Virus record (IMG/VR): IMGVR_UViG_3300023276_000008
Span: 20,952 to 84,951 of that record
From: a virus
Reading direction: 5' to 3' (one strand)
DNA length: 64,000 bases
A model generated the notes under the pieces. It worked only from the letters and a program-made list of their open reading frames with translations. It did no database searches and was not told the origin of the DNA. How positions within the stretch are numbered: the first letter of the stretch is position 1; each line of letters starts with the position of its first letter. The translations under genes and the position numbers were made by a program. Positions 40,307-49,068 of this stretch are shown here, piece by piece.

Positions 40307-41839
40307 ATGAATTCAATTAACATATTAGAAGATACTATTCTCAAATTAATAGTTCGACAAGGGGCTGATGCAGATCGTTTAGCCACTGTATTAGATAGTG
40401 GTGAGCTTGGCTACACATCAGACACCAAAAGACTCTTTGTGGGTGATGGTGTGAGTGCTGGTGGGGTTCTTATAGGAAATAAGTTCCTAGGTAGTGCTAT
40501 GGATGTAACTACACTATCTCCTGCTGAAGTAGGTGACTGCGTATTTGACGAAAATACTAACAACCTTTTGATATTATCTACAAATACTGGATCTGTATTA
40601 ACGGATTGGAGTCCTGTAGGTGGATTATATACTCCTACAGATGGGAGTATTGTCGTATCAGCTAGTAATGGTGTATCTGTGGGTAGTTTATCTGCTGGAC
40701 ATGTATCTGAAGACCTTCTAGGGAGTAATTTTACATTAGATGTTGGTGAAAGGATCACATTGACAGACACAATCTCAGTTACTACTATCCAAGGAACAAA
40801 TTCGGACCCTCTTATAATTGAAGGTAAAGTAAATCTTGGTGGTCTAACATATACATATCCCACAACTAGAAGTAATGACGGATATCTACAGACAGATGGT
40901 GTTGGAAACCTTGTTTGGGACACTTTAAAGGCTGAAGCTACATATTTTGTGGCTAATAGTGCTGGTTCTTTGCCGATTGGTACGATTACCGCCACCGTGT
41001 CTAATACTATAGGCTCTAAATGGCTACTATGTGATGGGTCATCATATGATACTAGTGTATATGCTGATCTTTTTGCGGAAATTGGATACACTTATGGTGG
41101 ATCTGGTTCTAATTTCAATGTACCAGACTACGCAAATAGTATATTATATGGCGATGATGGAGGGTCAACAGTTTATGACCTATTGGCAGACCTTGGACCG
41201 AGTGCGTTTACAGTTGTCCCGACTAATTACTTCATTAAGAGTGAAGCTGATGATGTATTCGAGAGTACGTGGACATTTGAAGCTCCTCTTTCGGCTACTA
41301 TAGGCGGTGTTGATGTTACTGGAACTACAATCAACCCACTTTCAGGAGATTTAGTAGTTTCTATGCCAGATTCTACATCAATTAAAGCTAACGTATCCTT
41401 CAATCAAGAAGGCACGGTAATTAAAGGATATAATGTAACATCGGTTGCGTTGACAAGCAGGTCTGTCGCAAATACTGAGATATTTCTCCCATATGGATCA
41501 GTATTCGAAGAATATGATGTCGTTACTCCCTCTATATATTATGATGGTAGTGGTTATACTGGAGCATACATACTTAATCTCACAGAACCTTTGTCCAATC
41601 CAGATACCGCAGTTATAGATATTGCAGCATATAATTATTATCCCGAATCTATGGATGTTCCTACGACTAACACATTCCAAAAGTTTGATTATGTAGTCTT
41701 GGATGACACTACTATATTGGTAACAATATCAAATACTCATCGTATAGTTGGTGAAAGTGTGAATAGGGTGTTTTTGGATTCTGGTTATGACTATAATTCA
41801 CTTATTAGTGGTACAAGATTCAATGTGACCATTAAATAG
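40307..41839 (+). CDS. tail fibre protein (Mtd_N-type domain plus tail collar domain)
   Basis: LIVRQG...L.SGELGY.SDTKRLFVGDG; collar PIGTI...WLLCDGS.Y....Y.DLF..IG.TYGG....FNVPD. Confidence 0.8.
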   Translation: MNSINILEDTILKLIVRQGADADRLATVLDSGELGYTSDTKRLFVGDGVSAGGVLIGNKFLGSAMDVTTLSPAEVGDCVFDENTNNLLILSTNTGSVLTDWSPVGGLYTPTDGSIVVSASNGVSVGSLSAGHVSEDLLGSNFTLDVGERITLTDTISVTTIQGTNSDPLIIEGKVNLGGLTYTYPTTRSNDGYLQTDGVGNLVWDTLKAEATYFVANSAGSLPIGTITATVSNTIGSKWLLCDGSSYDTSVYADLFAEIGYTYGGSGSNFNVPDYANSILYGDDGGSTVYDLLADLGPSAFTVVPTNYFIKSEADDVFESTWTFEAPLSATIGGVDVTGTTINPLSGDLVVSMPDSTSIKANVSFNQEGTVIKGYNVTSVALTSRSVANTEIFLPYGSVFEEYDVVTPSIYYDGSGYTGAYILNLTEPLSNPDTAVIDIAAYNYYPESMDVPTTNTFQKFDYVVLDDTTILVTISNTHRIVGESVNRVFLDSGYDYNSLISGTRFNVTIK

Positions 41840-41844
41840 ATGTA

Positions 41845-42636
41845 ATGAAGGCTACGGGATTTATAGATAGTACAAAATTATACACATCACCACACGATAT
41901 CGTGTGGTCGTTTGATTATAATCTTGTTGGTGTGGGAGATGATTATGCTATTGGCACATATCTAGTACCCGCTGTATCTATTCCGATATATACCCTACAT
42001 GAGTTGGAAAATCTATCAATAACATCTATTGATGGTGATGTGTTTCTCCTTGATGATAATACATCTGAGATGTTAACGGACGAGAGTGGTAATCTGTTAA
42101 TACAGGAAGAAGAAACCAATACTCCTCTAATTTCCATAATTTTTGACTCCACTGGGTATAACGCACTATCTAGCGTGGATAAGGATGGTGTTGGGGTGAA
42201 TTCTATTAAATCTGATAGTTTAATTGTTAGGGGTCCAAGTAACAATCTACTATATAATGAGTCATTGAGTGCGATACATGATGATTTTATAATACCAACC
42301 CCAGAAGATGTGTTCAAATCGTTGAGATTTAAATATTCTAACGTGGGTAAACTATTAACTATATCTCAGGGATATGGTTCTGAATATGTTACCATGATTG
42401 AATTGGTATTAGACACCAACGAGGTTCCATTAGGTCATTGTTATCCAGCATTTGCATACACTTCCCCAGTTTCTTCTACAGACACAGGTGATCAAGGAAT
42501 GTCCATATCTAAATTACAATCAGTTGGTGATGTGAATGCATATACGACACACGTTAACGACTTTGTTCCCCTATCATCAGATATAGATGCATTATTCACC
42601 ACTATTTCTGGTATATCTGCTGATATATTAGTTTAA
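41845..42636 (+). CDS. hypothetical structural protein
   Basis: 263 aa; TAAATA-N6-ATG; follows tail-fibre genes. Confidence 0.6.
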   Translation: MKATGFIDSTKLYTSPHDIVWSFDYNLVGVGDDYAIGTYLVPAVSIPIYTLHELENLSITSIDGDVFLLDDNTSEMLTDESGNLLIQEEETNTPLISIIFDSTGYNALSSVDKDGVGVNSIKSDSLIVRGPSNNLLYNESLSAIHDDFIIPTPEDVFKSLRFKYSNVGKLLTISQGYGSEYVTMIELVLDTNEVPLGHCYPAFAYTSPVSSTDTGDQGMSISKLQSVGDVNAYTTHVNDFVPLSSDIDALFTTISGISADILV

Positions 42637-42675
42637 ATGTATATCATCCAATTAATAACTTAACTAAATATATTT

Positions 42676-43578
42676 ATGGCTGTATGTACTGATTGTTATC
42701 CCGATGAATTGATATGTGGTGGTTGGTGGGACGGATATTATGGAGGTGATGTCAACATACAAAATGTTCGATTTGATGTTCCTATATTTCCTACTGGAGC
42801 GACTTCCTATTATGGGGAAGAAATATACGGTAGTATGGGGGATTCATTCCTTGATGGTGTTCGAGTTAAATGTAATGCATATTTGTACGACAATTTCGGG
42901 ACAAATGCATGGTTTATTACAGTAACCGTTGAATCGCTTGATGAATTTGGGTCTATTATATATACAGAAGTAAAAGATCATAGTGCAGATCGAGTTATTG
43001 ATTTTGGACCACCTGTGGTAACTGACGCTTGTTACCCTGATATGAATACTTTTGATTATATGGTAGTCAGTGGACCAGATTCTATATATGATGTTGGAAT
43101 TTATTGTGGGGGCGCGACTACATCATCCACCTCATCATTTACATCCTCATTTACATCCTCATTTACGTCATCGTCTACTATACCCCCAACTACTACACCC
43201 ACATCATCTACTACACCCACGTCATTTACATCATCGTCTACATCATCGTCTACATCATCGTCTACAACTACTATTGATACTACGACTGGGACTGGGACTG
43301 GTACGCAGACTACGTTGCCACCATGCGCTCCCTGTGTACACCCCACAGTTACCACGTTCATACCCCCATTCCCTACATACCCTCCAGTAACAAGTAATCC
43401 TCCAGATAGACCAGAGAATCCTATTATAATTGATGTGCCTCTAAACAATTCATTCCCTATTATCTTAACAACTCTGACTACAATTACTACTACGGAGGCT
43501 CCAACGACAACGCCACTACCTATTAATAAATTTATACCTAAATGTGATGATAAGTCTTGCAATCACTTGGGATTCTAA
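42676..43578 (+). CDS. Cys-containing protein with mucin-like Ser/Thr/Pro-rich stalk
   Basis: TTSSTSSFTSSFTSSFTSSSTIPPTTTPTSSTTPT...TTGTGTGTQTT, Pro/Thr tail; TAAATA-N5-ATG. Confidence 0.7.
   Translation: MAVCTDCYPDELICGGWWDGYYGGDVNIQNVRFDVPIFPTGATSYYGEEIYGSMGDSFLDGVRVKCNAYLYDNFGTNAWFITVTVESLDEFGSIIYTEVKDHSADRVIDFGPPVVTDACYPDMNTFDYMVVSGPDSIYDVGIYCGGATTSSTSSFTSSFTSSFTSSSTIPPTTTPTSSTTPTSFTSSSTSSSTSSSTTTIDTTTGTGTGTQTTLPPCAPCVHPTVTTFIPPFPTYPPVTSNPPDRPENPIIIDVPLNNSFPIILTTLTTITTTEAPTTTPLPINKFIPKCDDKSCNHLGF
43117..43314. repeat. in-frame short tandem repeats encoding the Ser/Thr tract
   Basis: acatcctcattt x2, acatcatcgtct x3, actggg repeats. Confidence 0.85.
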
Positions 43579-43590
43579 GTAAATCCATAT

Positions 43591-44415
43591 ATGAGAAAGC
43601 TTACAATCGGCATGGCAACCCATGATGACTTTGATGGAGTATATTTCACTATACAGTCTATACGTTTATTCCATCCCGAAATATTGGATGATGTTGAATG
43701 GGTAATTATTGACAACAATCCAAAGTCCAGCCATAGTAAATGTATTAGAGACTTGATGAATTGGATTAAAGAGCCAGTTCAGTATCTACCATATACAAAT
43801 AAACAGTCTACTACAGTGCGCAATAAGATATTTGACCTCGCTGAGACTCCTTATGTCATATCAGTGGATTGTCATGTGATGTTTGCCGCTGGATCACTAA
43901 AAAAACTCATTGATTACTATGATTTGGGTCTGGATGCTGGTAATTTATTACAAGGACCCCTACTATATGATGATGGAGAGACTATTAGTACTCATTTTGA
44001 TCATACATGGAGTGGTAATATGTGGGGTACATGGCAAACTGACGATAGGGGTAAAGACCCAAATGCTCAACCTTTCGAAATACCTTCACAGGGGTGCGGA
44101 ATCTTTAGTTCTAGGAAGGATTCTTGGTTGAGATTCAATGACAACTTTGATGGGTTTGGGGGGGAGGAAGGATACATCCACGAAAAATATAGACAACATG
44201 GTAAGAAGGCAATATGTCTTCCTTATCTTCGCTGGATGCATAGATTCTTTCGACCAGAGAAGGTATCTTATCCAAATGATCTCAAACAGAGGTTCGCTAA
44301 CTATGTAATTGGGTTTGAAGAACTTGGTTTAGATAAAACCGAACTCATTGACCATTTTTCAAAAAGTATTGGGCGAGCCTCTGTAGATAGAATTCTAAAA
44401 AATACTCTTACCTGA
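43591..44415 (+). CDS. glycosyltransferase family 2-like
   Basis: LTIGMATHDDFDG, IIDN, RN.IF..A..PYVISVDCH, GFGGEEGYIH, W.HRF. Confidence 0.85.
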   Translation: MRKLTIGMATHDDFDGVYFTIQSIRLFHPEILDDVEWVIIDNNPKSSHSKCIRDLMNWIKEPVQYLPYTNKQSTTVRNKIFDLAETPYVISVDCHVMFAAGSLKKLIDYYDLGLDAGNLLQGPLLYDDGETISTHFDHTWSGNMWGTWQTDDRGKDPNAQPFEIPSQGCGIFSSRKDSWLRFNDNFDGFGGEEGYIHEKYRQHGKKAICLPYLRWMHRFFRPEKVSYPNDLKQRFANYVIGFEELGLDKTELIDHFSKSIGRASVDRILKNTLT

Positions 44416-44625
44416 GTATAATTCTTGTTGAAGTTGTTGATATCGACCATACACATACTCACGAAGTACATCGTGACTCATTTTTGAATCAACATCAACA
44501 TCTTCCCTGCCATACAATACCCTTTCTTTATTGATATTGTCTACGATAGACATACCTTCAATCATATACAACACTTTATAGTAATATGATTGGGGGTTGT
44601 TTGAAACATTCTCTCTATTGACCAT
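44395..44625 (-). CDS. small hypothetical protein
   Basis: MVNRENV... overlapping the end of the upstream gene. Confidence 0.45.
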   Translation of the reverse strand: MVNRENVSNNPQSYYYKVLYMIEGMSIVDNINKERVLYGREDVDVDSKMSHDVLREYVYGRYQQLQQELYSGKSIF

Positions 44626-45082
44626 TCTCCTCCTCAATAGCAGAAATTTGTTCAGTGACTTCATCAAATATCTGTTCAGATGTCTTTTCATCTGGCAGAA
44701 GAGTTATTTGTGGTTGGAATGAGATACTTAATGTTTCTTTACATGATTCACATTTGACTTCGTTGGGTTCGTTGACCACAAAGACTCCAACAAATGTGTT
44801 TTTCCCGCAAGGGCATTCAACATTAATCTCTTGACCCTCCAGAACTTCTAATAATTCTTCATTTTGTCCTTGCAGAGCCATATACTGACCCTCTAATTCA
44901 CTAAATTCATCGGATACAGTATCCGATTCAATTTTTAGTTCATCTAACTCCTTTTGTAAACTATCTTCAACAGTAACTACTGCGGGAAGTTTCTTATTCT
45001 TTTTATTTGCGATTACATAAGCTCCTATCAGACCAACTATAGTCATTATTAGGAACAGTATTACGGTATTGGTGTTCGTCAT
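44615..45082 (-). CDS. membrane-anchored coiled-coil protein with Zn-ribbon
   Basis: N-terminal hydrophobic segment, coiled coil, CPCG...CESC; start MTNTNTV 6 nt after -10 box. Confidence 0.65.
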   Translation of the reverse strand: MTNTNTVILFLIMTIVGLIGAYVIANKKNKKLPAVVTVEDSLQKELDELKIESDTVSDEFSELEGQYMALQGQNEELLEVLEGQEINVECPCGKNTFVGVFVVNEPNEVKCESCKETLSISFQPQITLLPDEKTSEQIFDEVTEQISAIEEENGQ

Positions 45083-45088
45083 GGGCGT

Positions 45089-45116
45089 ATTGTACCCCAA
45101 ACTGATATATTGTCAA
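45089..45116 (-). promoter_or_regulatory. sigma70-like promoter TTGACA-N16-TACAAT, ATG 6 nt downstream
   Basis: ttgaca atatatcagtttgggg tacaat acgccc ATG. Confidence 0.7.
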
Positions 45117-45127
45117 CTATAAACGAC

Positions 45128-45463
45128 CTAAATCGCAGTTTTTGCCAAAATGGGGTCTACGTTCATGATCAAATAGTCAATCATCTTCTCAATAGCGATC
45201 TGTAGAGCTTGTAAATCTTCATCGCTCTGGTGTTTCCCCGAATCGATGGCATTTTGAAGGATTCCAGCCACAATTACGCCATTATCTACCATAGGTGCAA
45301 TTAAGTCAGGTATGTGTTGCAATTCATGGGGTAACTTCTTATCACCAAGGCGTTTCTTCCATTCATCAGAGTATTTATTCTCTTGAGATGTGGTTGGTAA
45401 GGAGTGCTGAATAGCATCTGTAGCTAATCCAGTCGAATATGGTGATTTATCTTGTCCAAACAT
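45128..45463 (-). CDS. hypothetical protein
   Basis: 111 aa; TAAATA-N6-ATG. Confidence 0.6.
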   Translation of the reverse strand: MFGQDKSPYSTGLATDAIQHSLPTTSQENKYSDEWKKRLGDKKLPHELQHIPDLIAPMVDNGVIVAGILQNAIDSGKHQSDEDLQALQIAIEKMIDYLIMNVDPILAKTAI

Positions 45464-45508
45464 TACATATATTTAGTAATTTTGTTTACATAATCGTTAA
45501 ATATGTAT

Positions 45509-45958
45509 ATGAGTAGATATTCAGCTAAATTTAAGAAGATTGTTACCGAAGATTTCGATGAAGAATTAGATAATTTAGACTTCAGTGATGAAGCTAAGTC
45601 TAGTGCTATTGATGATTTTGCTGATTCTGATACAAATCCAGATGATCTACGCGCTACAGATGTTCCTGAACCTGATGATGAAATTACTGCGGCATTGGAT
45701 AGAAAGAATCAGATGATGATTGATACTATCGAAGAGTGGATTAGCACATTTGATGAATTCCTTGAGTATATCAATGGAGAGAGTGAAGAAAGTATTCAAA
45801 GTATCTTAGCAGGTGCAGAACCAGACACTATTATGGACAAAATGAAGCAGTCTCAACAAACAAAGATTGCGCGTGTTGCATCTGATGTTGCATCTCTACA
45901 CCAATCATTCCTTGGATTCCGTGCGCAGACTCGCAATGCAAAATTCAAGTATGTGTGA
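45509..45958 (+). CDS. acidic hypothetical protein (possible head protein)
   Basis: MSRYSAKFKKIVTE leader; TAAATA-N5-ATG. Confidence 0.65.
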   Translation: MSRYSAKFKKIVTEDFDEELDNLDFSDEAKSSAIDDFADSDTNPDDLRATDVPEPDDEITAALDRKNQMMIDTIEEWISTFDEFLEYINGESEESIQSILAGAEPDTIMDKMKQSQQTKIARVASDVASLHQSFLGFRAQTRNAKFKYV

Positions 45959-46002
45959 ATGCCAAGTTTAAGTATGTCATTAAGTCATACTTATATTTCA
46001 GT

Positions 46003-46032
46003 AAAAAGGAGCCAATTGGCTCCTTTTTTTTT
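46003..46032. terminator. bidirectional terminator
   Basis: AAAAAGGAGCC-aatt-GGCTCCTTTTTTTTT. Confidence 0.85.
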
Positions 46033-46034
46033 GT

Positions 46035-46856
46035 TTAGTTGAACACCTTATTCACTTTAACACCTTTATTATCAAATATAATACATAGGAATTTGTGTTT
46101 CTTCCTACAAGCCTTGGCTTTCGATATATTCATATCTAAATTGTTCTCATAAGTGTATTCACATTTTACCTCAATCACCAGATCATCTTTAGCTATATAT
46201 AAATCTGGATGATATCTCCTACGATCTCCATCCATATAATAACTTATACTGCTTCCACTATATGTTTCAATATCATTCACATCATATCCCATCTCTTCAA
46301 CAAGATATTCTATTGCTTGTGGTTCATATCCTTGTAGGTGAGTGAAATCTCTACCCCCATAAGAGTGTTCTTTGTATTTAAACCTATTAGTATTACTCTT
46401 CTTAAAGATATCAGGATCTTGCATTGGATTATCTACACCATACTTCTCCACAATAGTCTTAACACGCTTCTCCTTAGCATTAACAGCACTATCTTTCATA
46501 GTTCTCAGCTCAATACCCCACTTCAATAGCTTCTTTCGTATAGTAACTGCGCTAGTATCGAACATATTACCCAATTCAGTGAGCGTAGACCCCTCTTCAT
46601 AGAGTTTGATTACAGTTTCCTTATCCTCTTCACTCCCAAGGGTCTTTGATCCTCTTACATAGCTCTTATTGTTCACAACTTCCTTTGCAGATCGCTTTGG
46701 AATCTTGTTATTTATGAATATTGAGTCTGTTGCAGCTCTACCAGCTTCATATTGTTTGGCTATATCTGTAATAGATACACCCTTTTGATATAAAGCTACG
46801 ATTTCTTCTTCATTTCCCTTTAAATTAGGGTTTTTGCTTCTCCATGTGATGCTCAT
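46035..46856 (-). CDS. free-standing putative endonuclease (two HTH repeats plus PD-(D/E)XK nuclease)
   Basis: IVALYQKGVSITDIAK and VIKLYEEGSTLTELG HTH repeats, EKYGVDNPMQ, QGYEP, RRYHPDLYI...IEVK. Confidence 0.75.
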   Translation of the reverse strand: MSITWRSKNPNLKGNEEEIVALYQKGVSITDIAKQYEAGRAATDSIFINNKIPKRSAKEVVNNKSYVRGSKTLGSEEDKETVIKLYEEGSTLTELGNMFDTSAVTIRKKLLKWGIELRTMKDSAVNAKEKRVKTIVEKYGVDNPMQDPDIFKKSNTNRFKYKEHSYGGRDFTHLQGYEPQAIEYLVEEMGYDVNDIETYSGSSISYYMDGDRRRYHPDLYIAKDDLVIEVKCEYTYENNLDMNISKAKACRKKHKFLCIIFDNKGVKVNKVFN

Positions 46857-46861
46857 GAAGG

Positions 46862-46890
46862 TATTTAATCATTTCTGCGCGAAATGTCAA
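46862..46890 (-). promoter_or_regulatory. promoter TTGACA-N17-TAAATA, ATG 5 nt downstream
   Basis: ttgaca tttcgcgcagaaatgat taaata ccttc ATG. Confidence 0.65.
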
Positions 46891-46904
46891 GTTAAACTTT
46901 GCAT

Positions 46905-47213
46905 TTAAACTTTGAGTTCCTTCTCCTTAAATGGGGTAGTGCATATGGTGGGTGGTTCATCCTCCCAGTCATCCATAATATATGAATCCCCTTTATATAC
47001 ACCCATCCAATCCCCATTATGTACATAGAATCTGCCATATTCTTCAAATGTGACGTGTAAGCATCCATTAATAATGCCTTTCGTTTTGGGTCTTGGAATA
47101 TCATTAACTTCATACCACATCGCAGACAATGTTATTAATCGGTCGTTGGCTTCTCTGATAGTAGCATGAGTTTCCTCAAACCACTCATCCAATTGTTTAG
47201 GTGTGATTTTCAT
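46905..47213 (-). CDS. hypothetical protein
   Basis: 102-aa ORF, ATGA-coupled to upstream small ORF. Confidence 0.55.
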   Translation of the reverse strand: MKITPKQLDEWFEETHATIREANDRLITLSAMWYEVNDIPRPKTKGIINGCLHVTFEEYGRFYVHNGDWMGVYKGDSYIMDDWEDEPPTICTTPFKEKELKV

Positions 47214-47362
47214 AATTTATATTCTATTTCTCTCTCAATTTGTTCTATTATATCCAAATCCAAATCCGACATAATCATCAATAAAGTCTTTTCACTCAGT
47301 TCTTCCGCCACATCTTCTATAAGAAGTTCAGCGTCCGTCTTCATAGTCCAATCAATTTTCAT
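47210..47362 (-). CDS. small acidic hypothetical protein (50 aa, not in ORF track)
   Basis: MKIDWTMKTDAELLIEDVAEELSEKTLLMIMSDLDLDIIEQIEREIEYKL fills the gap after primase; TGA overlaps next ATG. Confidence 0.5.
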   Translation of the reverse strand: MKIDWTMKTDAELLIEDVAEELSEKTLLMIMSDLDLDIIEQIEREIEYKL

Positions 47363-47365
47363 ATA

Positions 47366-48481
47366 TTACCCTCTTCTTTTTATTTTATCCAACATTAAAC
47401 TGGCTTCTCCACCAGAGTAACTGTGTTTGATTATGTATTCTTCGCTAATGCCCTTTACACCCTTATCAACACACATCTTATTGAGGTCTTTATACTTAAA
47501 GTTCTCTGGATAAATGAATATAGTCTCCCCCAATTCAATTAGTATGTCGGATTTCAATAGGGAAGCTTCATCACCCCATTGATTATCCAATACCCATATG
47601 CGTTTCATATGAAATAGTGATTGAAGTTGTTGTTTTTGACTGGGTGTGAATAATAATTTCTTTGATTCGCTGATTCCAGCTACACCCATTGCATTTCTTA
47701 GACTATATGCATCAATCGGACCTTCAGTTATGAAGTAATGTTCCTTGGATCTGTCCAGATTTTCAATATTCGATAGTGTTTTTAAACTCTTAGACTTGGA
47801 CAGGTATCTGATCTTATCAAATTTGCGAATAGATCTGCTTTGGAAGTGTAATATCTTCTCTCCATCTGCATCATAGAAGGGAATTATTAGTCTATGTCTA
47901 TGTGCGCCCTTCAGTGCAAAGAATATTTTCTTGGGGGCATTGATCATCTGTAGGATCTTACGCTCTTTGAGGTAATCTAATGCTAATCTTACTTGATAAT
48001 TGTTCTTATAGTATTCAACTTGTATAGGGTCTGAGAGATCTACAGCACCATCAGGCAGTCCCATATCATCTAAGACCTCTATAACGTCCACATCCTCGTC
48101 AGATTCATCTAAACGTAGTATTCTACAGTTCTTATCTATGGTTGGAATGGTATCATCATTCTTAATGTCTGATAATATCTCTTTATGAGAAAATCCAGTG
48201 ATTTCTCGTACAAAATTGTATGGTTTGCTACTCCAACCACAGTTATGACAGAATACTAAGTCCTTGTCTGGTATAAAGTAACATCTTTTCTTGAAACCCC
48301 AAGAGGAATCTTCTCTACAGATGGGACAACCACAATTATATGTCTTGTTTATATTGCTATACTCTACACCATTACCATATTCATATAATTTGTCAATAGT
48401 GTAGTCTTCAGGAACTTCGATGTAGGTCGGCTGATGCAATTGGGTCGCAGCCACCTTCAATTTTTCTAGAATGTTCTTCAT
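47366..48481 (-). CDS. gp61: DNA primase
   Basis: Zn finger CPIC.....KKR.Y.....FCHNCG, YL.ER, RLIIPF, Q.RS, TOPRIM ITEGPIDA, VLDN, KDLN. Confidence 0.92.
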   Translation of the reverse strand: MKNILEKLKVAATQLHQPTYIEVPEDYTIDKLYEYGNGVEYSNINKTYNCGCPICREDSSWGFKKRCYFIPDKDLVFCHNCGWSSKPYNFVREITGFSHKEILSDIKNDDTIPTIDKNCRILRLDESDEDVDVIEVLDDMGLPDGAVDLSDPIQVEYYKNNYQVRLALDYLKERKILQMINAPKKIFFALKGAHRHRLIIPFYDADGEKILHFQSRSIRKFDKIRYLSKSKSLKTLSNIENLDRSKEHYFITEGPIDAYSLRNAMGVAGISESKKLLFTPSQKQQLQSLFHMKRIWVLDNQWGDEASLLKSDILIELGETIFIYPENFKYKDLNKMCVDKGVKGISEEYIIKHSYSGGEASLMLDKIKRRG

Positions 48482-48722
48482 ATAGTTCGTTTATTGTATC
48501 AAAATGTTCATTTGGTAGGGTTTCCACTTTATTAAGTAGTTCTCCCTCGATTCCTCGCATAAAAGACTCCATTGGAATCTTGTGTATGGTGTTGGTGGGT
48601 ATGGCGAAACAATTCACCACTTCCTCTACTCCAATTTCAATTACAACAAACATCTGACCAATGTATTGACCTGCTGTTGCTATAAATATATCTTTTCTTG
48701 TTGGTTTAATTTCCCCACTCAT
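48408..48722 (-). CDS. hypothetical protein
   Basis: 104-aa ORF in replication operon. Confidence 0.5.
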   Translation of the reverse strand: MSGEIKPTRKDIFIATAGQYIGQMFVVIEIGVEEVVNCFAIPTNTIHKIPMESFMRGIEGELLNKVETLPNEHFDTINELYEEHSRKIEGGCDPIASADLHRSS

Positions 48723-49068
48723 CTTGTTTATTATTTGACATTAGTTTTGAAAATTCAGAGACAAACATATTATCCAAAGCCCCCTTTTCCATAGAATTTT
48801 GATGGGATTCGATATTTATTTCATTTCCATGTATATCGAATCCCATTATTCTATAGCAGGGGAGGAACTCAGATAATATATTCTCAATATGTATCCTTGT
48901 ATCTTGTGTTGATTTACTTTTCTTTGCAATTCTAGTGATTTCGTCAAACTCTCCAAAGTCATCAAACTCGAAATTATTTTGGCTGTTAACTTCTTGTATT
49001 AATTCATTCAATAACTTATCATCAGGTTCATTCATACATGTATTTATCATGTATTTCAAGGATTTCAA
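48706..49068 (-). CDS. hypothetical protein
   Basis: ORF in replication operon; start uncertain. Confidence 0.55.
   Translation of the reverse strand: MKSLKYMINTCMNEPDDKLLNELIQEVNSQNNFEFDDFGEFDEITRIAKKSKSTQDTRIHIENILSEFLPCYRIMGFDIHGNEINIESHQNSMEKGALDNMFVSEFSKLMSNNKQDEWGN

Noticed and set aside
40411-41091. 226-aa antisense ORF (also 34057-34497, 43101-43562, 43070-43390 His-rich, and other short overlapping ORFs)
   Set aside because: Alternative-frame or antisense reflections of real, often low-complexity genes
39176-41839. Diversity-generating retroelement suggested by Mtd-like N-termini
   Set aside because: No reverse transcriptase, TR/VR pair or recognisable C-type lectin tip seen in the window
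43117-43314. Repeats considered as a CRISPR array or DGR template
   Set aside because: Short in-frame coding tandem repeats with no unique spacers or adenine-specific variant copy
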